In this document: positions 45,690 to 56,999 of the stretch, in pieces
Position numbering within the stretch: the first letter of the stretch is position 1
Layout of the letters: each line of letters begins with the position of its first letter
DNA from: Ancylonema sp.
Lineage: Eukaryota
DNA: 64,000 nucleotides
Assembly (NCBI GenBank): GCA_050230475.1
Contig: JBFLGF010000007.1
Location: forward strand, 1-64,000
Reading direction: 5' to 3'
Notes under the pieces: generated by a model
What the model was told of the DNA's origin: nothing
What the model saw: the letters and a program-made list of their open reading frames with translations, nothing else
Database searches by the model: none
Translations under genes and position numbers: made by a program

Positions 45690-46942
45690 GCAAATGTGGG
45701 ACACTTCAGGCACGCCACAAGTTTTATTTTTATTTTTTTATTTGTTATAATTCCCTCTCTTCCGTACCCCCCTCTCCCCCGTAATATTTTCTCCCGGGCG
45801 ACTTTCTCTGTGCGTGAGAGTGCCTGACAATCTACTTTCTTTCTCGTGTAATAACATACTAGAACTTCCGCTGTAGATACACGTTTTAGTAAACGACAAT
45901 GTAATGAAGTCAACAACTACTTCATAGTCGACAACATAGTCCACAACGTTCTAGCGGACAACAATGTTATGTAGGACGACGACGCCATGAAAGTCCAGTG
46001 AGGAATACCGCAATGACTTGGAATCTCCATGACATTTTCGTCTTCTATTTTATTCTTGCATGGATAACCCACACTTGCATGGATAACCCACACTCACATG
46101 TGTGCCACAAAAATATGTCCCGAGGGATGGTGCGTAATGCAACCCAATTACTCGAAGAAGAAAACTTGTGAGCTTCAATGATGGTCGGCAACATAAACTA
46201 TCTCACAAATAAGAGCGTGAGTGGCGGTGTAGTGGATATAATCCGTTTTTTTTTTTTAAATTATTAAATATATATTTTTGACAAACACAATCATAGTCCA
46301 AAATAGGAGCTCCTCTTTCCATATGGCATGCACAACAATGATTGTGTGATGCATTCCAAATTTGGAAAAAATGTATCATACTACATCCGTGATACGTATG
46401 AAGGAAACATAAACTAGCAAAAACAAAAGTTAGTCAACTCGCCCTAAGTGAAATCCGGCTATTGGAAATGCCAACATAATAATATCCAAAACATATTTTT
46501 GGATACAAAATAACATCTTTTCGGAAAAAACCTTTTTAACACCCCGAAACACAACCGACTTCTCTATCATCACACTTTGATGTACAAGTTCCATGTCTTT
46601 CTACAACAAATTTTGTTACATGTACATCACAAAAAACTGATAAGGCCTTCCATACACACACACAACATCCGTACGATTGTACGGACAACTGATTGTGCGT
46701 ATACACCCGTGCAAAATGTTGACCGGAAACGACAAAACGAGCAATCGATCTGAGTCGAGCACCACCCGATCCAAAAATTCCGCGTGGGGAAAAATTGAGC
46801 GGGGGGAAAAAAAAACAGAGATAGCGAGGGTCATCACCAACATAGCGGGGATCATCACCATGCACCGTTCCGCATGCAATGCAAGGGGAGGATGAGTGCC
46901 AAAAAAATGTAAAAGGTACATTAGAGAGTCTTAAATCTCGCC

Positions 46943-48970
46943 CTATTCCACAACGACTCCGCCGTCCCGCTTGCCTTCCTCTCGCAGGTTTGGCATCCTC
47001 TTTCGCAACCGGTCCCGCGGGCGGGTGGCTCCCATCAACCGCCCCCGCTCCCTCTCAAACTCATTCATCGCGGCGAGAGAAAAGTGGAGCAGCATGCTCA
47101 TCCCGCCCTTCCTCCTGCCCTTCCCCTCCCCATCGCTCACCAACCGCCTCAAACCGCTGCGGAAGCGGGTAACCGTGTTCGCCGGAACCGGGTCGTTGAC
47201 CTCTTCCTTGACCACATTGGCCATCATGTCGTCGAAAGTCAACGCGGTGATGCTCGGGCGAGACTCGAGGGGCCGCAGTTGACCCGACTGGCTCCTCCGG
47301 ACCGGCGGCACGTACGCGTGTGCCATGTCAGCAGCGGGTTCCGCCAGGTGGCCCAGCACCACCATCGCCCCCTCCTCCAAACACCCCGCGGGAGTGAAGT
47401 CTGACGTGGCGCCGAGCAGTCCTGGCTGCACGACTGGCCTTCCTCCAGATGACGGGTGGCGCGTTCTGAGAGGGGGAGAACTGTCCGCTTTTGGTCCTGC
47501 CACCTGTCTCCAGCCTCGCGCTGACGTGGTCCAGGGACTCGTCCACCTTCGACCCGGCTTTCTCTTCTTTCCGGACACCCGTCGGGCTCCTTGGGCTCCT
47601 TGGGGCTCCTTGGGCTCCTTCCCTCGCTCTTAAACTTGTTTGTCCAAAACGATTTGGTGAGAAGGTCGCTGGGCGTCCTCAAAAACTTATCAGGGGAGGT
47701 CGGTGACTGGCTGAGAGGATGCCACGTGTCCTGAGAGGAATCTGCCAGCGAGAAGCGCGCAGGGGGGAGCTTGCTGCTGAATCCCAGGGGGCTCTTTAGC
47801 AGAGACTTGGTGGGCCGGAGGGTGGGGGGATGGAGCACGTGCAAACGGGTGCGTGTGGGGGAGGAGGGGATTGAGGTCGAGGGGCGGGGGAGCTCAGTGG
47901 TTGAGGGTACTGATTTCAGGAGAAGCTTCTTGCGGTAGACAGGCAGCTGCAGGAGGGCATCAGGCCTCGCCATATCCGATTCGTGTCCGAGACGTGTCCG
48001 ATTCGTATATGGTTCGTGTCTGATACTTGCCCAGGCGTCGTCAGGAGAGGTGCGGGTGGAAGGACAGGTACAGGTCAAGGTAGGAGGGGGTGCTGCGCTG
48101 TCTCTGGAGATCGGGGGGGGCGGTTGGGGGAGTTGATGCGGGCCCAGGCCTGACTGAAGGCGCAGGTGCAGGGCTTGTGAGACTGGGTGGACTGCCAAGT
48201 GGCGTGAGATTTTGCTAGGTGGCAGAGGGTTGCGGGTAGAGACACGTCAGCCAATGGAGGTAGGGAGGTGGATGTGCCTGCGGGGAAAGGTGGATGGTAG
48301 GATACGAATCAGTTTTGAACAAGCAACGAGAACAGGATGATGCGGTAAGATGATGTCAGCAGCGACAAGGGATGTAAGCACGAAGTGCACCGACATTATT
48401 TCTCTGATCCTTCTGAAACAGAAAACAGCCAAGAGTGTACGAAAACAAGACGAACCTCTTCATGCAATCATCGCCAGCTCCACACGGGTCCTAATTTATC
48501 TCACCTCCTTGCAGCCAGTGTCGTCTTTCCTCCACAATTCCGCGCATGGCTGTGGCCACGTCATCGCAACCGGACAGCGATCCCGCCATCCGATGGTCTG
48601 CTGCAATTCCGATGACCGTCAACTCCAACCCGTCCTGGCCGTCCACCGTCATCGCCCCGAGCGGCTTCCACGTGTATTCCGTTCCCGGCAACCGCGCGCA
48701 TCCGCCGCCAATGTCGATGGCGCGGACGGAACCGCGGTTGGGCGTCAGCGTCAGCGTCTGCGGCAGGGATCCCACCGACCAGGGAAGAATGGGGAGGAGG
48801 ACGTCTATGGTGGCGCCGGGATGCGCCACGAAAAAACAGCCGGCCGGGCGGTCACAGACGAAGAGTGTCAGACGGTCGGCACCGTAGACGAAACTGGCAT
48901 CCTCAGGCAATTTGATGGAGGGGCTGATCGTGTCGATGAGGACGGCGTTGGGGGGGGAGTAGATCGAGCT
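46943..48970 (-). CDS. Multi-exon hypothetical protein with a Pro/Ser-rich middle; further 5' exons likely up to about 49300
   Basis: GC-rich long ORFs 48491-48910, 47239-48198 and 46943-47578 with plausible splice sites (acceptor near 48968, donor GTGAG near 48505). No domain recognised. Confidence 0.5.
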
Positions 48971-49919
48971 GTAGGACGAATCCGAATATTTGCTTCCAGT
49001 CCGCGAGGGGATTTTTAATGACGTTGTATAGGAGCCACTCGACTTCGCTATAACAGACGCTCAGTTCATCCGTTCTTGGGGAGAGGTTGGTGGGGGAACA
49101 GAACGTGATTTCCCGAGGCTGCAGTTATCCGACCTCAGCCGCCTGGTCGTCTGTCGGAAGGGGCAACACATCGCGCCAAACTTCGTCCATGTTTCACGAT
49201 CGCACGTGTCTGCCATGTGCTTTCGCAGCTCCCAACTCTTTTTGAACGTTTTAAGAATCAGGCGCTGCAGAGCCCGTTGAATAGGGCACCAGGAACACAC
49301 GTAAAGAATTTGCAGGTGCAAGGCTGGTGCCAGATGTGAGGCTGTTTCATCGATTTGCTGGAAAGATGTAGGTTACTGAAAGAGGAAACGATGACGAAGT
49401 CAAAGAGGATATTTAAAAATGGCACTAAAATATCTTGATGGAGCATGACCTTCTACACTATAGTATATTCCTCGGTTCCATGTACGTGTTGTGCGTAGGT
49501 TGTAGAATAGTTGAAGGCGAAGTAGGGGTTCGAAATGGTGTTTGAAGCATGTTTCCACAGGCACAGCATGTTTCCAGCATGTCCTTGCCCGCCGCCGGCG
49601 CCGCAGATTTTTGTGACAGTAGTCTTGCAGGCTGCAGGCTGCAGCACGTGACTAATGTCCTCTTCGACTCTTGAAGATATCTTGTGCATGCAAATTGTAT
49701 CAAATCGTATCAGTACTTTTCGTACGAGTCGTACTTTACCAGACGGAACTGGAAACATTAGCGGAAACGCCAATTGTTGGTTTGCAACCGGACAAAAATT
49801 GTGCGGGAGACGACAGACAATGATTCTACACACGTGGAACACGCCACTCAGGACTGAACGGCTGCAACACAGCGGAGCCGCTCACTCCTGCATAGCGGTG
49901 CTCCGCATCACAGCTTAAA

Positions 49920-51041
49920 GCACCCTAACATTACCACCATGGACTGAATGGAAGGGTATACCAATTCGTGATGCGGTTCCTATCACACCAGATTACAACG
50001 CACGTTTTGACCCCAAAGCACTGCGGAATGGACTACATGTTTGGGAACCATTTGGAGGCATGAGTTGCAGTGGAGCCATAATGACTGTTGAACAAGGCAA
50101 GAATATTGGCACTTACACCAACACTGATATCGATGAAGATGCTCGAGATGTAACCAGAGCTTTTTTGCCAAAGATACAAACTCGGTATCCCGGACTGTTA
50201 CCCACCAGTGCAATCAAAGGGTTTGACACACGTCTCGATCATGATATTTCAAAAATATCCAACGACGATTTGGACTCATTGCACAAAGAAGACCAATAAA
50301 CTTCATTTTGCAGGATGGGAATGTCAGATGATTAGCAAGGCAGGACAAGGCAAAGGATACTACGACCGTATATTCCCATTCTTTTTCGACTTGATTTGTT
50401 GTCTCAACTATCTGATTAAAGTACAAAAATTTCCACCAGTATTCGTACTTGAAAACACATACCCATTCGGTGACCTCATCAAAGAAGTCAAGGATACCAC
50501 TACTCTTGTCAAGTCTTTTCTAGACTTTCCAGCAGTGGTCGATGCATGTAGCTTTGGTAGTACCGCACACAGAGTTCGCTGCTTATGGACCAATTGGCTG
50601 GCACCACACATTTTGGAACTCGCCATACCAGATGAACCCAACCTACCACCTCTAGACAAAATTCTGGAACCCCACCACAGACCTAATAAGGTCTTGACTG
50701 ATGATCAACCACCATTTACACCAGTCAACAAAGTTGGACGACCTCGCCGTGCACTACCTACTCGGGTGTCTTACCCATGCAGTTACCAACTCACTTTTCA
50801 ACGTTGGAAAGAACCAGGACCAGGCATGCTTTACAATGTTGACACACAGCGTTGGGAAGAAGCAAACGCTTGGGAACGGGAGAGACTCATGGGGTTTGAC
50901 AACGGAGACACATGTGCCCCAAGCATCACAGAAGACCAGCGCAAAGTTATGTTGGGAAGAACTATGGATCGCAACATGGCAAAATGGTTGGGGGGAATGA
51001 TTATGGCCACACATGCGATACCATCATACAACCTTCCATAG
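49920..51041 (+). pseudogene. C5 cytosine DNA methyltransferase domain embedded in a retrotransposon pol; frameshift near 50295
   Basis: Motifs in order: I (VWEPFGG), II (YTNTDID), III (HDISKI), IV (AGWECQ..SKAG), VI (FVLENT), VIII (DACSFGSTAHRVRCLWTN), IX/X (ERERLMGF...LGRTMD). Confidence 0.88.
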
Positions 51042-51299
51042 GATTCGGACCCCACCTTTTCAACCAATGATAGGGGGGGGGGGGACTACCAAATACCACA
51101 GGCATATCATACACACCACTATGATAACCAAACATCAAAATTTTACCCAAACCATGACCATTCACACATTGTATTAAACAATGAACCACAACTACGGAAC
51201 CAGGCTATCTCCATGACTCAGACACTATTATTTGAAAGTGATTATCAATCTACCGCGATTACAGATGATAATGTAATTTCTCAACCTCACGACACAATT

Positions 51300-52155
51300 C
51301 TACCACAGAGATCGAACCTATTACATGGAAGATAGGCAATAACTTGACAGAGGAACAAAAACTACAAGTCATTGAACTACTCGAGGAAAATAGAGATGTC
51401 TTCGCATTCTCTTCAGAAGAACTACTACCTTCTAGCAATAGACCTATGGAAATACCACTCCAAACTACACAACCACTTTTCCAAAATTCACACCGCCTGT
51501 CTGAAACTGAATGGGGATTTGTGCGAGGAAACTGCCAAAAACTTATGGAACTTGGTATGATTCGGAAGAGTGATAGCAACCATTACGCTTCTGCCACAGT
51601 CGTTGTTCACAAAAAGGATGAAGAAGGCAACTACACAGACTATCGTCAATGTGGAGATTACCGCCCTATCAACAACCAAACACAACAGGACAGATATCAA
51701 TTAGGACATCTTCCTCGATATGAAGGATGCTCACATCTTTATCAAACTGGATCTACGACAAGGGTATCACCAAATACCAATCGCTAAGGGAGACAAATGT
51801 AAAACTGCATTTTTGGGAGCAGACCCCCAACTATATGAATGGACTGTCGTACCATACGGGTTGAAAAACGCACCTCCTTTCTTTCAACGCACTATGGATC
51901 GAATCCTAGCTGGTCTTCGCAACTCACGGTGCTATATTGATGATATTAGTAACTGGAGCAGCACTTTCGAAGACCACATTCAACATCTACGTCAAGTATT
52001 TAACCGCCTGCGACAATTTAAACTCAAATGTCATCAAGGCAAATGTTTATTTTTCGCAGATGAAATGGATTTCGTAGGACATAAGATCTCCGGTAAAGGT
52101 ATTGCACCACAAGATGAGAAAACCCGAGCAATCCAGGATATCCCTGCACCCAAGG
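51300..52155 (+). pseudogene. Ty3/gypsy reverse transcriptase, frameshifted and truncated before RNase H
   Basis: LTEEQK..V..LL....DVF, LMELGMIRKSDS.YASATVVV.KKD, RQCGDYRPIN..T..DRY, KLDLRQGYHQI, PYGLKNAP..FQR.MD, YIDD (51933-51944), KC.F.....DFVGH.IS. Confidence 0.95.
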
Positions 52156-52321
52156 ATATTCGCGTGTTGCTCAACACGGTCTTTAAACTTGATCTACATC
52201 AAGACCAGTAAATATCTACATCAACGAAGCAATTTATCAAAACAACAAATTGATAACCATGTAACTCAGATATACCTCAACAACCGCTTTATAAGCAACC
52301 AACTCGAAACCGCACGTCAAC

Positions 52322-53669
52322 TGTCATGACGCTAGAGATCGTTAAGAGTAAAACCCCTTTGTAACTATATCCAGACCTCCCTAGTAAAATAAGCAATAAG
52401 CAATAAGCTATAAGCAACCAGATTCGATGTAGCGATTTCATGATTTTGTTTGAAGTTAGAATCAGTACTCCGCAAAATCCAACAACTTTTTGTAAACTCG
52501 AAAATAACGCGTGGCGTATTTTCCGAGTGTAATATCCATCAGTCGTACAATTTAGACTGCGTGTCGATTTTTCAGCGCTTAGCGCAACTTTGTTATCGAC
52601 GATGATATTTCTGACTTGTGATATTATCCCGGCGATAAAATCCAGCCGTAGAATACTTGACGTCTGAATTTTAGCGCCACGATTAAATAGATCTTTCTAG
52701 AGTAGAGCCTGTCGAATAACCATGTCGATTAACTCTAGTTAGTTATTACGATTAGACGATCGTAGCATAAAGACATTTTCATTGTACAGACCTACCAGCT
52801 TCCGTTGTCACATTTCGCCGTGAAGAAATTTTTCAAAATATGTTCTCTTCAAATCCTATCAATTGTACTTTGTGAATTCTGCAACTCCTCGCCGACGCCA
52901 GTTCTTGCCATTATCTCTGTATCTTGTCTACGATTCCTTGTGCGACTATCGTCGACGAATTCTGTAAGTTGACCGACGTGACCTTCGCAACTTCCTGTCA
53001 TTACTTGTGTTGTTTCGCTGACGCTCTTACTGAGCCAGCCTGGAAACTTGTTGTGTACCATCACATCTTTGTGATGACGCTCTTACTAAGCCAGTCATAA
53101 TCATATACCCCATTGCTGACGCTCTTACTGAGCCAGAACTACTTTGTTGATTTACATCGATTCGCTGACGCTCGCACGGAGCCAATACGATAACGACGCG
53201 CAACCACTTGCTGGCGTTCTAACTAAACCAGCACATCACATCCATCAATTACCCGTATGTCAACGCACCGTTTGAGAGCCGAACTTTCTACTCGAAAGTT
53301 TACCTTTCGGCTGTCGACCTTAATATTCTACACCAAAATATTTTGTTTACCATCAATAATCCTTTCCAGACTTTCTATTGTTGATAGTAATTGTCGACTC
53401 GCCCTCGGCGTCAAGTAGTGTTCCACACATTAACGCACGAGAAATGTGATAGAACTAGCGTAACACCTAGTTCTCAGCAGAGACTCAATCTGCAACCCAA
53501 CTTAGTGAGAGCAGTAGAGCCCTACTCTATCTACTATCGACATCTACATCAAGACTAGTAAAGATCTACATCAACGAAGCAGTTTATCAAAACAAAAAAT
53601 TGATAGCCATGTAACTCAGATATACCTCAACAACCGCTTTACAAGCAACCGACTCGAAACCGCACGTCA
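52322..53669. mobile_element. Complete LTR (1348 bp), preceded by a partial tandem copy of its distal end (about 52192-52319)
   Basis: TGTCATG...CGTCA termini; homologous to 34868-36617; 52192-52319 repeats 53542-53669. Confidence 0.8.
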
Positions 53670-54179
53670 TTTATCCATTAAAACGGTTGCACCGTTTCAA
53701 CGATGTAATATCACCTATTGTGTATTATCCTTCGTTGTCACATGTTTTTTAGCAATCGTGAATTATACAATCACTTCAAAAAATAATCTTCATTCATCGA
53801 ATATTGTCGCATTATCTACATGTTGTGTACTTATCCATGGTTTTTTTTTTTTTTTTTTCGTATGATTATCTTATGCCAATTTGTTGGGTTACGAACTATT
53901 GCGTGAAAAATGATTAAATAGGTTATGTTAGCGTTTTCTACAAGTTCAAGATGCCATGATAGATTCGCTTACACTTATGAATGATGCATTTCATTTTATT
54001 TTTTAAAATGCGTATTTACTACTAAAATAATAATCTTAGGACATTAAATTGCAGCAGATACTGGTATTCCCCATATTTACGATCGGAGGTAATCTCACTC
54101 CTCACGTATGCTAGAGACTCGTTGACATGGCATGCACATCGAGACACCCCACCAAGCGAGTATCTCTATGTATCGACTT

Positions 54180-54750
54180 CATGGCCGCACGAAACAACCG
54201 GTTTTTATATTTTGAAACCGGTTCAGAGATGGAACCGCTTCGGAACCGGATGAACCTGGTTCGTTTTAGGGTTTTCCTACTTTCGAAAAATATATGTTCA
54301 CACCCACAAAAACTACGGAGGGGTAATATATGATAGTACGGATAGACAATTCCGGGAGCCCGTCACTTATGTTTATAACAATCGCAAATATTTTTTAATT
54401 ATTATTGTTCAAATACATTCAAATGTTGTTTTCGTAAAAATATGGCGCAGAGTTCCTATGTTGTAACATCCTCAATCGCACCATTCCAAGATGCGGTGCA
54501 TTTTTATATTCCGAAAGCTCATTGCGAGAGTAGAATTAGATGCATTTGGAGCATACAAGAAAAAGCATTTGTATCGAAGTGTATGGGTAAAAACAATTGT
54601 GGAAATGGAAGAGCGTAAATGGTATGTAAAATTTGCATAAGGGAAAGGAAGGAAGGAGGAAAATCTGTTCAGAAATGCCCTTCACCTAAAATATTCCGAC
54701 TACTGTAGAGGTTGGAGAGGGTAGAAGATAGAGTTAGAGTCCAATTTTTT
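54180..54750. mobile_element. Degenerate family A hAT-like copy; right boundary uncertain
   Basis: CATGGCCGCACGAAACAACCG start and GGAACCG repeats; colinear with 14843-16300. Confidence 0.55.
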
Positions 54751-55319
54751 TTTGTATTTACAGAGAAAATATTGAAGATAGAATCTAGAGTGGACGGATA
54801 TGATCTTCACATAAACTTCAAATCTACGGAAGTTTAGAGCATAACATGAATCGTAGTTTAGAGACTTATGGAGTCTCGATGGTAGGCGAAATATTGTAGT
54901 AAAACTCGTGAATATCGATAAAGATTTATGGTATTGCACTTTCAGCGATGAACTTGTGAAAGAGTAAGAATGGGAGAACGATATAACAAGTGACATTATA
55001 AGATGGTTGAAAATATATTATCACAACTCGTGTACAAGTCGACATGGATGTATTAGGTCTTCATGGAAATGAGGAGAAGCACATGGAGTAGGCGTTGTTC
55101 GGATGTAATGAGTTCCAACATTTTCAATTAACGTGTCGTACATGCATGGAAGCATGGAATATTGACAAACTCGGAAAAATAGAGAATTCAATCCAAAAAT
55201 AAGGGAGTGTATACCTGCCGACAGTTTGTAAGTATTTTTTTACGATTTAAAAAAAAAGTATGAGCCGGATTTTTGTAGCATATAACCCCTTCAAATGGTA
55301 CTAGAGTGGAGTACCCCTA

Positions 55320-55700
55320 TGTTCTTCACTTCCAAGACCTCATTTCCGTCCACGCGTCCCATCTCATCATCCATTGCTGCTTGTCGTTTGTCTTTCTCTG
55401 GATTGTTTAGAGTTTATTTCACAATCTTAGGAGTTTTTGCATCGACCTCTAGCCCTGCTACATAGGCTGCAACAAAACGATTAGCTGGAATTCCTTTGTT
55501 TTCTTTTGCTAGACTTCGAACAACATCTTGAGTTTCCTGAAGTGCCTCTTTGATTTTCTCCTCCGCAAGATTCACCACAGGATTTTCATGAGTAGCGTCG
55601 TTGGGGTACCACTCAGCACCATCTTCCAGCAAGTATTGATCACTAACATCGCCACTGGAATTGCTCACCAGCTCAAAACAATCGTCAATCTGGTGAGGAG
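55320..55700 (-). pseudogene. Ty1/copia pol fragment (integrase-RT linker)
   Basis: TPKIVK*TLNNPEKDKRQAAMDDEM.....NEV matches the Copia pre-RT pattern P.t..eAl..p....W..AM.eEm.....N.v. Confidence 0.65.
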
Positions 55701-55792
55701 GGGATTAAATCCACCTCTAATCCTTCCTCGTCCGGAGGTGTGACACGTGTGCGCGGAATAAGCCCGTCCGCCATGCACCCTACGGCCTGCTN

Positions 55793-56992
55793 AGAGCTTA
55801 AGATGCCAGTTCAGATTACTGTTCATACTGACTCAAACTCAGCCTTGTCCATGATCATCAACCCTGTCCAACGCCAGAAAGCCAAACAATTTAACGGTCT
55901 ATCATTGGGTCAGGGAGTGCCATAGAAAGGGTAGACTGAGATATGTGCATCTTAGTGGGGAATTGCAGCCTGCAGATATGTTGACTAAGGCCTTGCTACA
56001 ACTCTTGCTAGATAGGCTTACGAAATTTGTAGGTTTTGGAAAAGTCAAATAAACAGGTGGTGCTGGTGAAGAGCTTTCGGATCCACTGCCTAGTCTAGCA
56101 GGAGGTGATTTGTGTGATGCAGAGTGGAGGACTACTATTGTTTTCAAAGCTGGATCCCTTCCAACTCTCAACCTCTAAAGTTTTTCAAGTCCAGAAAAAT
56201 GTGAAAAAGTTGAAGTCTGAAAATTGAACTTTTGTATATGAATTTTTTTGAAACTGATTTTTGGCATATATGTTTCTATTGCCTTTGTGAGTGTTGTATC
56301 AAAATCTGAGATTGTTTTGTTTTGTTTTGAAGTTATGCAAGTTTGAATTTTCTGACTCAAAACTGGAAAGTGAAAAATGAACTTTTTTGTTTTTGTTTGT
56401 CGACTAACTTGTTGTTATTGTTTGTATGTTCAGGGCTTCGGCCCGAAAAACGACAAGGAGCGGGAGCGATTCAAGTTCAAGCGTGATGATTTGAGATGAC
56501 GTAGATAAGAGCCCCTAGTTTTGATATTTGACTAGGGAAGACCAACTACCCGGCTACATTGTAGGGTAAGTCCTCCTTCCTTAGCACTAGACAATGCCAA
56601 ACAAGGCTGTGCATCCGAGGGGGGTGTTAGGAATTGAGTTCGGATAGGCACACATTTAATATAACTTGTTTGCTTTGTGTCCGGCTATTTGCCTTAGAGT
56701 CTTTTAGGAACACGGAGCTGGGAACGCTATACCCGGGCCGCGTATGGCCGGCACGTCCACACTTGGTGACCAAGCTGGTAGTCGTTGTAGAATACTAGGC
56801 GGTGTCACCACCCCATTAGCTGGATTTGTGTGGTGGCAAACGAGTCCGGCATGTTGCCGTGGACACGTGCGGTGGCACGACGGCGGTCGATAGTTCCGAC
56901 CGTCGGCTAGAAAAGTGTCCAGTAATCATTGATCATTGTACCGTTGTCGCCTCGTCGGGTACATTAGCCACGAGAACACTTTTCTAATAACA
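55793..56992 (+). mobile_element. Ty1/copia 3' end: RNase H C-terminus (55793-56052), PPT (about 56617-56624) and 3' LTR (56625-56992)
   Basis: HTDSNSAL...NPV...KAK, HWVRE, QPADMLTKAL; GAGGGGGG directly before TGTTA...TAACA. Confidence 0.85.
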
Positions 56993-56999
56993 TTTCACA

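Noticed and set aside
49920..51041. Host DNMT gene or restriction-modification system
   Set aside because: Intronless, frameshifted, directly upstream of a gypsy RT, with no endonuclease partner or host regulatory domains.
53017..53231. CRISPR array
   Set aside because: Eukaryotic LTR context, degenerate repeats, uneven spacers shared between LTR copies and no cas genes.
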